DNA from: Candidatus Eiseniibacteriota bacterium | GTDB taxonomy: Bacteria; Joyebacterota; Joyebacteria; Joyebacterales; Joyebacteraceae | Direction: 5' to 3' | Assembly (NCBI GenBank): GCA_030600655.1 | Contig: JAUVLP010000001.1 | Location: forward strand, 2,022 to 66,021 | DNA: 64,000 nucleotides | In this document: positions 51,034 to 60,310 of the stretch, piece after piece | Layout: every line of letters starts with the position of its first letter | How positions within the stretch are numbered: the first letter of the stretch is position 1 | Notes under the pieces: model-generated | Databases searched by the model: none | Told to the model about the DNA's origin: nothing | What the model saw: only the letters and a program-made list of their open reading frames with translations | Translations under genes and position numbers: made by a program

Positions 51034-51975
51034 ATGGAACGCATAGCACTGCTCTTTCCGGGGCAGGGATCGCAAGCGGTAGGGATGGGGAAGGACCTCT
51101 TCGAGAGTTCCCCGAAGGTCCGTGAGATCTACGAGCGTGCGTCTGAGGCAATAGACCTCGACCTTGCAGTTCTGAGCTTCGAGGGTCCTGAGGACGAACT
51201 TAAGAAGACAGTCAACACACAACCGGCACTCCTGGTGGCCGGGGTGGCGGCATTGGCGCTGGTGCTTGATAGAGGTGTTGAGCCGTGGGCCGTGGCCGGT
51301 CACAGCCTGGGTGAGTACACGGCGCTCGTGGCGGCTCGCAGTCTCAAACTCGAGGACGCTGTTCGTGCGGTACGCGAACGCGGCAGACTGATGTACGAGG
51401 CGGGCCTCAAGACTCCGGGCACGATGGCAGCCATTATTGGACTGGGCGCGGACGTACTTGACGGTGTGGTTGCGGAGGCTGGATCCGCAGGAGTCGTGCA
51501 GGTCGCGAATTACAACTCCCCGTCGCAGATTGTTGTCTCAGGCGAAACGACGGGAGTGCGGATGGCGATGCAGCTTGCTACGGAGCGGGGAGCTCGTCGA
51601 GCCATCGAGCTCAAAGTCAGCGGCGCCTTCCATAGTAATCTGCTCGAGAGTGCCCGTCTGGGGATGGAGGCGTTTCTCGAGAGTGTCGTCATCGAGAAAC
51701 CGCAGGCTATCTTCGTTGCTAATGTGGCGGGTGGTGCGATCGATGATCCTGAGGTGATTCGGGAAAACCTGGTGAGACAGATCACGAACCCCGTGAGATG
51801 GGTCGACAGCATGAGGACGATCGTTGACCTTGGGGCAGAGCGACTGATAGAGGTCGGTCCTGGTAATGTGCTCAGAGGGCTCATGAGAAAGATAGACGTC
51901 TCAGTTCCTACTGCGGGCGCCGGTAGTCTGAAGGAGATAGAGATGCTCGTGGACGGTCCGCCGGCCGGTCGGTAG
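51034..51975 (+). CDS. fabD: Malonyl-CoA:ACP transacylase
   Basis: IALLFPGQGSQAVGMGKDL, with the active site in GHSLGEYTALVAA. Confidence 0.9.
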   Translation: MERIALLFPGQGSQAVGMGKDLFESSPKVREIYERASEAIDLDLAVLSFEGPEDELKKTVNTQPALLVAGVAALALVLDRGVEPWAVAGHSLGEYTALVAARSLKLEDAVRAVRERGRLMYEAGLKTPGTMAAIIGLGADVLDGVVAEAGSAGVVQVANYNSPSQIVVSGETTGVRMAMQLATERGARRAIELKVSGAFHSNLLESARLGMEAFLESVVIEKPQAIFVANVAGGAIDDPEVIRENLVRQITNPVRWVDSMRTIVDLGAERLIEVGPGNVLRGLMRKIDVSVPTAGAGSLKEIEMLVDGPPAGR

Positions 51976-52010
51976 CCGGCAGGGTCCGGCTCGGGCAGTG
52001 AGGAGGATCC

Positions 52011-52751
52011 ATGCGACTCGATGGAAGACAGGCGGTGGTTACAGGCGGTGGTTCGGGTATAGGCCGGGCCATCGCGCTCAGACTCGCGTCCGAAGGAGCC
52101 AGCATTGCCGTCGTGGACATCAATGAGGAGAGTGCATCCGCCGTCGCCACCGAGATTGAGGAAGCCGGGGGCACGGCCAGGGCATATGTGCTGGATGTTT
52201 CCGATGCGGTTGCGGCCGCCGGCGTGATGAAAAAGGTGGCCGAGGATCTTGGAGGTCTCGGTATCCTGGTTAACAATGCTGGGATCACTCGTGACAATCT
52301 GCTCATCAGGATGTCGCCTGACGATTGGGACCTGGTCCTCAAGATCAACCTCAAGGGTACGTTCAACTGCACTCGTGCAGTGGCCAGGATCATGATGGCT
52401 GGTCGTTGGGGGAGGGTCATCAACATCTCGTCGGTCATAGGGCAGATCGGCAATGTCGGACAGGCGAGCTACGGCGCGTCAAAGGCCGGCATCGTGGCGC
52501 TGACCAAGACCACCGCACGCGAGCTTGCATCACGCGGGATTACGGCCAACGCGATAGCGCCCGGTTTCATTGAGACTCCTATGACCGAGAAACTGTCGGA
52601 GAAGGCCAGGGACGGTCTGGCATCCATGCTCATTATCAAGCGAATGGGGAAGCCGGAGGACATAGCGAATCTGGTTGCATTCCTTGCTTCTGATGAAGCA
52701 GACTATATCACTGCGCAGACGATAAATGTAGATGGGGGCATGGCCTCGTAG
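52011..52751 (+). CDS. fabG: 3-oxoacyl-ACP reductase (SDR)
   Basis: VVTGGGSGIGRAIALRLA (TGxxxGxG), NNAG, and the catalytic YGASKAG motif. Confidence 0.9.
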   Translation: MRLDGRQAVVTGGGSGIGRAIALRLASEGASIAVVDINEESASAVATEIEEAGGTARAYVLDVSDAVAAAGVMKKVAEDLGGLGILVNNAGITRDNLLIRMSPDDWDLVLKINLKGTFNCTRAVARIMMAGRWGRVINISSVIGQIGNVGQASYGASKAGIVALTKTTARELASRGITANAIAPGFIETPMTEKLSEKARDGLASMLIIKRMGKPEDIANLVAFLASDEADYITAQTINVDGGMAS

Positions 52752-52793
52752 GCTTGGTTCCCGTGGCTTCAACGAACTCAGGAGGTAGAAAGA

Positions 52794-53033
52794 ATGGCGG
52801 ATGTCTTGGGGAAGGTCAAGCAGGTCATTGCGGAGAAGCTCCAGATCGACGCTGAACAGGTCACAATGGAGGCGGCGATCGTTGAGGATCTGGGGGCGGA
52901 TTCGCTCGAGCAGGCAGACATTCTGTTCTCGCTCGAGGACGAGTTTGGTATTACAGCCGATGATTCCGACGAGGCCGAGGGCCTCAAGACCGTTGCCGAT
53001 ATCGTTGCCTATCTGGAGAAGAAGGTAGGTTGA
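52794..53033 (+). CDS. acpP: Acyl carrier protein
   Basis: 79 aa. LGADSLEQADILFSLEDEFGI carries the phosphopantetheine attachment Ser in the DSL motif. Confidence 0.95.
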   Translation: MADVLGKVKQVIAEKLQIDAEQVTMEAAIVEDLGADSLEQADILFSLEDEFGITADDSDEAEGLKTVADIVAYLEKKVG

Positions 53034-53219
53034 CAGGCGGAGCGGCGATTGTGAACCGCGGTTCCACTCTTCGTATGGGGCCGCGGCTCATGGTCACAGA
53101 ATCGCAAGTGTGTTTCTGCAGGCCGGTTCGGCGATGGCGTGCGCGCGCACGGATGTAACGCGCGAGAAGACCCCGAGCACAGGCGACAATGTGTACGGGG
53201 TGGAACATGAGAGGAACGC

Positions 53220-54461
53220 ATGTCGAGGAGAGTCGTGGTCACAGGCATGGGTGCACTGACACCCCTGGGACTTGACAGGGTAACGACCTGGGAAGCCCTT
53301 CTTGAGGGCAAGAACGGCGTTGGGGCCATCACGCGTTTTGATGCTTCCGCCTTTTCCGTAAGAATCGCTGCAGAACTCAAGGGATTCGATGTGGAGTCGT
53401 TCATAGAAAAGCGGGAAGCCAGGAAGATGGACCCGAGTACCCAGTATGGCGTGGCTGCATCTCTCATGGCTTGGAAAGATTCCGGTCTGGATGAGGGTGA
53501 TTTCGATTCGAATCGAGCCGGTGTTGTCATTGGCTCGGGTGTGGGTGGTATACAGACTCTCGAGGTGCAGCATTCCGTTCTTATGGAGAAGGGGCCGAGG
53601 AGGGTCAGCCCGTTCTTCATCCCGATGCTCATAGCGGATATGTCATCGGGCATGGTGTCAATAATGCTCGGCCTCAAGGGAGCGAACTTCGCTACTGTCT
53701 CTGCGTGTGCATCAGGCGCTCATGCTATCGGTGTGTCGTTCAAGGCCATTCGGTGTGGAGATGCCGATATCATGGTGGCCGGGGGCGCCGAAGCTGCCGT
53801 GTGTCCGCTTTCGGTCGCGGGTTTCGCGGCGATGCGCGCTATTTCTCCCAGGAATGATCATCCAGAACTGGCGTCGAGACCGTTCGACGCTGGGCGCGAT
53901 GGTTTCGTTCTTGGTGAGGGCGCAGGCATTATTGTGCTCGAGGAACTTGAGCATGCGAAGCGGCGCGGAGCCGTGATTCATGCGGAGATCACCGGTTATG
54001 GTGCGACAGGTGACGCCTACCACATGACGGCGCCTGCGCCCGGTGGAGAGGGTGCCGCAAGAGCCATGGCTCTTGCATTGGATGATGCTGAGATGGTCCC
54101 CGAGGATGTGCAGTATATCAATGCTCACGGTACATCCACGCCCCTGAACGACAAGTTCGAGACGGCTGCGATCAAGGCCGCCTTCGGAGAGCATGCTCAA
54201 GCGCTCGCCGTGTCATCGACGAAGTCGATGACGGGACATCTTCTGGGGGCCGCGGGAGGCGTTGAGGCCATCTTCACGGCTCTTTCACTCGCGAACTCGG
54301 TCATACTTCCCACGATCAATTACGAGACCCCGGATCCAGACTGTGATCTCGACTACGTTCCGAATCAAGCCAGAGATGCGAAGATTCTGAACGCACTTAC
54401 GAACTCGTTAGGATTCGGCGGACACAACTGTTCGATCGCGATCCGGCGATTCGAGGGATAG
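53220..54461 (+). CDS. fabF: 3-oxoacyl-ACP synthase II
   Basis: RRVVVTGMGALTPLG. The active-site Cys is in ATVSACASGAHAIG, and the His motifs are in NAHGTSTPLND and GHLLGAAG. Confidence 0.9.
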   Translation: MSRRVVVTGMGALTPLGLDRVTTWEALLEGKNGVGAITRFDASAFSVRIAAELKGFDVESFIEKREARKMDPSTQYGVAASLMAWKDSGLDEGDFDSNRAGVVIGSGVGGIQTLEVQHSVLMEKGPRRVSPFFIPMLIADMSSGMVSIMLGLKGANFATVSACASGAHAIGVSFKAIRCGDADIMVAGGAEAAVCPLSVAGFAAMRAISPRNDHPELASRPFDAGRDGFVLGEGAGIIVLEELEHAKRRGAVIHAEITGYGATGDAYHMTAPAPGGEGAARAMALALDDAEMVPEDVQYINAHGTSTPLNDKFETAAIKAAFGEHAQALAVSSTKSMTGHLLGAAGGVEAIFTALSLANSVILPTINYETPDPDCDLDYVPNQARDAKILNALTNSLGFGGHNCSIAIRRFEG

Positions 54462-54474
54462 CCGGGATACACAA

Positions 54475-55581
54475 ATGACACGAATCAAGAACCTGCTCGG
54501 GCGCCTTCGGGCGATCGACAGAGGTAGTATTGAGAAGCAGAGGGCCGAGGAACTCCTGGCTCTCTGCAGTTTGCTGGGTGTCCGGATCCACGACCTGGAA
54601 CTCTTGAACCAGGCACTCATGCACAGATCGTACGTCTATGATAGAGAAATGGGCAGGGCGCAGTCGAATGAACGCATGGAGTTTCTGGGCGACGCGATCC
54701 TGGGCCTTCTGGTCAACGAGCATTTGTATGCCGTGTATGCCACCAGGCAGGAAGGGCGCCTGACCAAGATCAAGTCACTTCTCGTGAGCGAGACCGTTCT
54801 GTCTCGAAGGGCGGAGGAACTCGCATTCGGCGACTATATCCTTCTTTCAGAGAATGAGCGGCTCTCCGGCGGAGCCAAGCGGCCTTCCATTCTTGCCGAT
54901 GCATTCGAAGCAGTCATCGCTGCCATCTACCTTGATGCAGGACTGCCCGCGGCGAGGCGGTTCGTGGAGAATCACATCCTCGCGAGCATGGATGACCTCC
55001 TGAACGTTGATGAGTACCGCAACTACAAGAGCATGATTCAGGAGCATGCTCAAAAGACGATGGGAGTGAGACCTCGCTACCGCGTGGTCTCCGCCACGGG
55101 TCCGGAGCACCGGCGGACCTTCTACGTCGAACTCAGACTGGGCGGCCGCTCGCTCGGACGCGGGGAGGGGCTGAACAAGAAGGTGGCCGAACAGATGGCT
55201 GCCCGAAACGCTCTGAGGAGCCTCAAGCTGATCCCTGAAAATGACAGCTCCAGTCTGGGGGCACCGGTTGTCCGGCGCCACAGACAGAGGAGGCCGTCGC
55301 CGAGAAAGCCCTCATCAGAAGGGCAGACGGAGTCGTCGAAGGGGCGGACAGCACCCCCCGCGAGGGCGAGAAGACCTTCACCCGAGAAACGAACGGTCGA
55401 TGTGAACGATCAGAAATCCCGGTCCCGTGAGGTTGTCCTCTCACCGGACCGACCGGGATCTCCAGAATCCCGGTCCCGTGAGGTTGCCCCCTCACCGGAC
55501 CGACCGGGATCTCCAGCGAGCGTACGGAAAGCAGCAATCAGACGGCGACGATGTAGAACTCCAAGGAAGGAGGCACCCTGA
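54475..55581 (+). CDS. rnc: Ribonuclease III with an unusual ~130-aa basic Pro/Arg/Ser-rich C-terminal extension
   Basis: Catalytic signature ERMEFLGDAILGLLVNEHLY, and a dsRBD (RRTFYVELRLGGRSLGRGEGLNKKVAEQMAARNAL). The ORF continues in frame for about 130 more residues (PVVRRHRQRRPSPRKPSSEGQTESSKGRTAPPARARRPSPEKR...RRRRCRTPRKEAP). The stop overlaps the bcd ATG (TGATG). Confidence 0.85.
   Translation: MTRIKNLLGRLRAIDRGSIEKQRAEELLALCSLLGVRIHDLELLNQALMHRSYVYDREMGRAQSNERMEFLGDAILGLLVNEHLYAVYATRQEGRLTKIKSLLVSETVLSRRAEELAFGDYILLSENERLSGGAKRPSILADAFEAVIAAIYLDAGLPAARRFVENHILASMDDLLNVDEYRNYKSMIQEHAQKTMGVRPRYRVVSATGPEHRRTFYVELRLGGRSLGRGEGLNKKVAEQMAARNALRSLKLIPENDSSSLGAPVVRRHRQRRPSPRKPSSEGQTESSKGRTAPPARARRPSPEKRTVDVNDQKSRSREVVLSPDRPGSPESRSREVAPSPDRPGSPASVRKAAIRRRRCRTPRKEAP
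55415..55516 (+). repeat. Two tandem 51-bp direct repeats, each internally hairpin-forming, inside the rnc 3' coding region
   Basis: Unit 1 at 55415-55465 and unit 2 at 55466-55516 (AATCCCGGTCCCGTGAGGTTG[TCCTC/CCCCC]TCACCGGACCGACCGGGATCTCCAG). Each unit has 9-bp inverted arms ATCCCGGTC ... GACCGGGAT. Both are in frame and encode ESRSREV[VL/AP]SPDRPGSP twice. Confidence 0.6.
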
Positions 55582-56750
55582 TGGACCACTTCCTGACTGA
55601 AGAACAGGAGATGCTGAAGGAACTCTGTGCACAGATAGCAAGGGAGAAGATCCTGCCGATGCGGGAGGAGCTTGATGAGAGCGGCGAGTTCCCTTGGGAG
55701 ATCGTCAAGGTGCTCGCCGAGTCGGACATCTACGGCGTCTACATCCCTGAGGAGTATGGTGGGTTCGGTGGCGGCGCGTTCGAGATGTGCATCGCAACAG
55801 AGGAACTATCGAAGGTCTGTGGGGGGATCTCGCTTGCCTTCGCCGCCTCAGCACTCGGCGCATATCCCATTCTTCTGTTCGGCTCCGACGAGCAGAAACG
55901 GAAGTATCTCCCACCGCTTGCTGCGGGCGAGAAGCTGGCGGCGTTCGCTCTCACCGAGGCCAATGCCGGCAGCGACGCTGGGGCCATCGAGACGCGTGCG
56001 GAGCTGGATGGCGATGAGTATGTCATAAACGGGACGAAGCAGTGGATAACCAACGGTGGCGAAGCGGATATCTACTCTGTCATCGTCAGAACGAAGAAGA
56101 GCGCAGGTCTTCGCGGGATATCCGCTCTGATCGTCGAGAAGGACACCCCCGGCCTGACATTCGGCAAGAGGGAAAACAAGATGGGCATTCGCGCATCGAC
56201 CACGCGGGAGCTCATCTTCCAGGACTGTCGTGTTCCGAAGGAGAATCTGCTGGGGCGCGAGGGGATGGGATTCATGGTTGCCATGCGAACCTTTGACAAG
56301 TCGCGGCCCGGTGTCGCATCGCAAGCGGTCGGCATCGCGCAGGGTGCTCTTGATGAAGCGGTCAGGTACGCGAGGCACAGGGAACAGTTCGGGCAGCCGG
56401 TAGCGTCTTTTCAGGCGATACAGTTCATGATCGCGGACATGGCGACTCAGATCGAGGCTGCAAGGTCTCTCGTCTACTCTGCGGCTCGACTGGTCGATTC
56501 GGGTGCGAAGGATGTCGGCAAGGCTTCTGCGATGGCCAAGGTGTTTGCCTCAGATGTGGCGATGAAGGTTACTGTCGATGCAGTACAGATACTCGGGGGG
56601 TACGGCTACATGAAGGAGTACCCCGTCGAGAAGATGATGAGAGACGCCAAGATAACGCAGATCTATGAGGGCACGAACCAGATTCAGCGTTCCATCATCG
56701 GTTCGGCCGTGATCAAGGAGAGCGCTGCCGAGGAGAGGAAGGGCAAGTAG
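55581..56750 (+). CDS. bcd: Acyl-CoA dehydrogenase (butyryl-CoA dehydrogenase-like)
   Basis: FLTEEQEMLKELCAQIAREKILP...YGGFGGGAFEMCIATEELSKVCGG, with the C-terminal catalytic region (YEGTNQIQRSIIG). About 389 aa. Confidence 0.85.
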   Translation: MDHFLTEEQEMLKELCAQIAREKILPMREELDESGEFPWEIVKVLAESDIYGVYIPEEYGGFGGGAFEMCIATEELSKVCGGISLAFAASALGAYPILLFGSDEQKRKYLPPLAAGEKLAAFALTEANAGSDAGAIETRAELDGDEYVINGTKQWITNGGEADIYSVIVRTKKSAGLRGISALIVEKDTPGLTFGKRENKMGIRASTTRELIFQDCRVPKENLLGREGMGFMVAMRTFDKSRPGVASQAVGIAQGALDEAVRYARHREQFGQPVASFQAIQFMIADMATQIEAARSLVYSAARLVDSGAKDVGKASAMAKVFASDVAMKVTVDAVQILGGYGYMKEYPVEKMMRDAKITQIYEGTNQIQRSIIGSAVIKESAAEERKGK

Positions 56751-56827
56751 GACGCTACAACTCCGGCGGAGGCGCAGGACTGGGAGCGGTCGGCGACCCG
56801 GCGTTCCCGATGGGAAGAGTCTTCTAT

Positions 56828-57619
56828 ATGAATGTCCTGGTTTTGATCAAGCAGGTTCCAGATACGACCGACGTGCGGATCGACAGGGAGACGAACACCC
56901 TGATCCGCGAGGGTGTTCCCAGCATTATCAACCCCTTCGATACGTATGCCATCGAGGAGGGGCTGCGCTTGAGGGAGAGCGCTGGTGGCGGTACAGTGAC
57001 CGTGATGTCGATGGGTCCCCCCCAGGTTGAGGGAGCGCTCAGGGAAGCGCTCGCTCTGGGGGTGGACGATGCCATTCTCTTGTCGGACCGCGCTTTCGCA
57101 GGATCCGATACTTGGGCTACGTCCTACACGCTTGCCGCGGGTATCCGGAAACGCGGCGAGTTTGATGTGGTGCTCTGCGGCAAGCAGGCGATAGATGGTG
57201 ACACCGCGCAAGTGGGGCCCGGCGTGGCGAAGCTGCTGGGTATCCCGCAGGTCGCCTACGTGCGAAAGCTCACGCTCGACGGCAAGCGTTGCATCGCCGA
57301 ACGCATGATGGAGGACGGTTCCGATGTGCTTGGCGTTCCACTCCCTGCGCTTTTCACAGTAGTCAAGGAGATCAATGAGCCTAGACTCCCTTCTCTCAAA
57401 GGGAAGATGAAGGCGAAGAAGGCCGAGATCACGGTGTGGGGTGTTTCGGATCTCGAAGTCGATGACAGCGAGATTGGTCTCGACGGTTCGCCTACGCGAG
57501 TCAAGACGATCTTCGCGCCCGAACTCAGAACGAACGGTATCGTGTTCCAGGGCGAAGTTGACGAGACCGTGCCGTTGCTGGTGAAGGAACTCGTGCCGAT
57601 TCTGAAGACTGAAATCTAG
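56828..57619 (+). CDS. etfB: Electron transfer flavoprotein β subunit
   Basis: MNVLVLIKQVPDTTDVRIDRETNTLIREGVPSIINPFDTYAIEEGLRLRE is canonical EtfB. Confidence 0.85.
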   Translation: MNVLVLIKQVPDTTDVRIDRETNTLIREGVPSIINPFDTYAIEEGLRLRESAGGGTVTVMSMGPPQVEGALREALALGVDDAILLSDRAFAGSDTWATSYTLAAGIRKRGEFDVVLCGKQAIDGDTAQVGPGVAKLLGIPQVAYVRKLTLDGKRCIAERMMEDGSDVLGVPLPALFTVVKEINEPRLPSLKGKMKAKKAEITVWGVSDLEVDDSEIGLDGSPTRVKTIFAPELRTNGIVFQGEVDETVPLLVKELVPILKTEI

Positions 57620-57647
57620 GTAGAAGACCAGCTCAGGAGAGAGCAGC

Positions 57648-58838
57648 GTGAGCAGCATAGAGGTACTAGAGGAACGATGCGTGGGTTGTGAGCTTTGCAT
57701 CAAAGCCTGTCTCTATGATGCCATAGAGATGCGTGATGGAATTGCGGTCATAAAGGACAACTGTACGCTCTGTGGCGCGTGTGTGGAGCCCTGTAAATTC
57801 GACGCGATCATCCTGAGACAGGAGAAGCGTGAGGCGGTCGAACTCAGTGACTATCGTGGCGTATGGGTGGTAGCCGAGCAGCGTGCGGGTGTGCTTCACG
57901 ACGTGTCGTTCGAGCTCCTCGGCAAAGGGCGCGAACTCGCCGAGGAACTCTCTGTCGAACTTTCTGCCGTTCTTCTTGGTTCGGGTGTTGAGGATCTCGC
58001 TCCACAACTGATTGCCCGCGGCGCCGATCGCGTGTATGTGGTTGATGAGCCGGAGCTGGAGCATTTTCTCGATGAGCCTTACTCCAACGTTGTGGCTGAG
58101 CTGATAGGGAGACACAGCCCCGAGATCGTGCTCACCGGTGCGACCTCAATGGGGCGTTCGCTTATTCCTAGAGTAGCGGTTCAGGTGAAGACGGGACTCA
58201 CGGCGGACTGCACGGGCCTCGCGATCGATGACAAGGAGAGGCTTCTCCTTCAGACGAGACCGGCGTTCGGCGGGAATATCATGGCCACCATCATCTGTCC
58301 GGACTTCAGACCGCAAATGGCGACCGTCCGTCACAAGGTCATGTCGGCTCTCGATGCAGATCCATCGAGAAAGGGCGAAATCGTGCGGGAGAAGATGGAT
58401 GCTGTGCTTCTGGAGTCGAAGGTAGAGTACATCGAATTCGTGAAGGATCTGACACAGACGATCAACATTGCAGATGCCGACATCATCGTGTCTGGCGGCC
58501 GTGGCCTCGGTGGCCCCGAGAATTTCCATCTTGTTGAAGAACTTGCTGAAGCGATGGGGGGAGCGGTCGGAGCCTCTCGTGCGGCGGTCGACGCCGGGTG
58601 GGTACCGTACTCACACCAGGTGGGGCAGACAGGCAAAACGGTGCAACCGAAGCTCTACATTGCCTGCGGGATCTCAGGAGCCGTTCAGCACTTGGCGGGA
58701 ATGCAGTCATCAAAGACGATTGTTGCGATCAACAAGGACCCCGACGCACCAATTTTCCACGCTGCGACCTACGGCATCGTCGGGGATCTCTTTGACGTTC
58801 TCCCTGCTCTCACTAAGAGCCTGAAGGCTGAGCTTTAG
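57648..58838 (+). CDS. etfA: Electron transfer flavoprotein α subunit with N-terminal 2x[4Fe-4S] ferredoxin domain
   Basis: N-terminus [16 protein letters not shown]...[16 protein letters not shown]. The EtfA core ([19 protein letters not shown]...) and the FAD-binding C-terminus ([22 protein letters not shown]) follow. Confidence 0.85.
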   Translation: MSSIEVLEERCVGCELCIKACLYDAIEMRDGIAVIKDNCTLCGACVEPCKFDAIILRQEKREAVELSDYRGVWVVAEQRAGVLHDVSFELLGKGRELAEELSVELSAVLLGSGVEDLAPQLIARGADRVYVVDEPELEHFLDEPYSNVVAELIGRHSPEIVLTGATSMGRSLIPRVAVQVKTGLTADCTGLAIDDKERLLLQTRPAFGGNIMATIICPDFRPQMATVRHKVMSALDADPSRKGEIVREKMDAVLLESKVEYIEFVKDLTQTINIADADIIVSGGRGLGGPENFHLVEELAEAMGGAVGASRAAVDAGWVPYSHQVGQTGKTVQPKLYIACGISGAVQHLAGMQSSKTIVAINKDPDAPIFHAATYGIVGDLFDVLPALTKSLKAEL

Positions 58839-58914
58839 GTTCTCTATTTCAATTCCTGCACACCAACATACTCGCACCGGGGCTGTGCATTATGCACCGG
58901 TTGCCTTCAGCGGG

Positions 58915-60249
58915 CTATTTCAGAGACTCGAGTCGCTGAAGGGCGAGAGCTTCCATGGTATCGGATAGAACTGTGCGTGGTTGAGCCGGCTTCCGATCGT
59001 CGGGCGAGGTGTATTGCGGAGGGAATGCCTGTAGGAGTCCGCTCGGCGTCGCTTCGACTATGATTCTCCCATCGAGGTTGCTCGGCAGGGGGTGGTCGAG
59101 AAGCGCGAGGATGGTCGGGACGATATCCTCGATGTTCACATTGATGGGCGACGGAACGGGGGCGATTCGCCGGCCCTGCACGATGAACACTCCGGGAGAA
59201 CCACGTTCGTGCGATCCAGACAGCAGTATGTCGCCTGACGTCGACGGATGCATGCCGTAGGTCGAACAGATCACGTAGACCGTCCGGTCGTCGCCGATTC
59301 TCCTCAGGCGGCGGATGGCGCCATCCATGAACGTGTAGTAATTCCGCAGAACACCTCCGTACCTTGCTGCTTCCTCCTCAGTAAGCTTATCAAAGAAGGT
59401 GGGCATTGCAGGAGCAACGAACCGGTGCGATATCGCGTCGAGCCCTGAGAAATTGATGAGCGCAAGGTCTGGTTCAAATTCTGCCAGGACTCGTGCCGCG
59501 AGCTCCAGAGTGATGAGATCACTCGTGAAAGCCCAGCGTGCTCCGACCGTGTTGTTCTCCCATGCAGGGAGTTCAGGGCCTGAGCTTGCCAGAATGACCT
59601 CACTGAATGTCGTTGCTGCGGTCCTCTCCTGTGTTCTCACGACGGTTTCCACCATTGGAGAGAAACTCTCCGGCGTGACCTGCAGCTCGCCTTCAGCGAA
59701 GAGCGTCGGGGAGAGCGAAGCAGCATGTGATGTCGATTGCGGCGCGTAGGGCGCGATAACGACACCATGATCTTCCAGCCTGTTCACCTCTTGGGTTCTG
59801 TCGTCAGCCACCGCTCTGGAAACCGGCCAGGTTGCCGGCCAACCGATCGTCACAGCCGTACCTCCCGCGGACGTGACGAGTCGAGCGATATCGGGTCCGT
59901 CGAATTGCAAGGGACGGCGAACGGAAGTGACGAGTCCCAGTTCCTCGTCGGTGAGCGCAGTGCCTCTTGACATAACGGTCCAGCCGACCTCAGGAAGGAC
60001 GGGTCGAGGCGCCTGGACTTCACCCAGGAGGCTCCTTGAGATGACCTGTTTCAGTGTCGGCATTCTCCCTTCCTGCATGAACTGGTTCAGGAGATACCAA
60101 TCGAGTCCATCTATCCCGATCACGACAACCTTGATCCCTGGATCCTGCTCGAGAATTGCGGTCTCGTTGGGTGTCCATCTTAGAGCGAAGACGAGCAGGC
60201 CGAGGGCGACGATAAGAGCAACTGTGAGAAGCACGACTCTGTTGTTCAT
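58915..60249 (-). CDS. Membrane-anchored alkaline-phosphatase-superfamily protein (type I phosphodiesterase / nucleotide pyrophosphatase-like)
   Basis: N-terminal TM helix MNNRVVLLTVALIVALGLLVFAL. VVVIGIDGLDWYLL resembles the metal-binding N-terminus of the PF01663 family, and YVICSTYGMHPSTSGD lies near the C-terminus. It is divergent from uvrA. Confidence 0.55.
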   Translation of the reverse strand: MNNRVVLLTVALIVALGLLVFALRWTPNETAILEQDPGIKVVVIGIDGLDWYLLNQFMQEGRMPTLKQVISRSLLGEVQAPRPVLPEVGWTVMSRGTALTDEELGLVTSVRRPLQFDGPDIARLVTSAGGTAVTIGWPATWPVSRAVADDRTQEVNRLEDHGVVIAPYAPQSTSHAASLSPTLFAEGELQVTPESFSPMVETVVRTQERTAATTFSEVILASSGPELPAWENNTVGARWAFTSDLITLELAARVLAEFEPDLALINFSGLDAISHRFVAPAMPTFFDKLTEEEAARYGGVLRNYYTFMDGAIRRLRRIGDDRTVYVICSTYGMHPSTSGDILLSGSHERGSPGVFIVQGRRIAPVPSPINVNIEDIVPTILALLDHPLPSNLDGRIIVEATPSGLLQAFPPQYTSPDDRKPAQPRTVLSDTMEALALQRLESLK

Positions 60250-60310
60250 GTTGTATCTACTCCAGCTTTGAGTCTTGTTGGTTGATGCTGACAATGATAA
60301 ACTGCTTGGT

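Noticed and set aside
53034-53219. 186-nt acpP-fabF spacer as a possible ncRNA
   Set aside because: It contains only a modest CCGCGG...CCGCGG stem-loop. This spacer commonly holds a partial terminator/attenuator in fab operons, and there is no evidence for an independent RNA gene.
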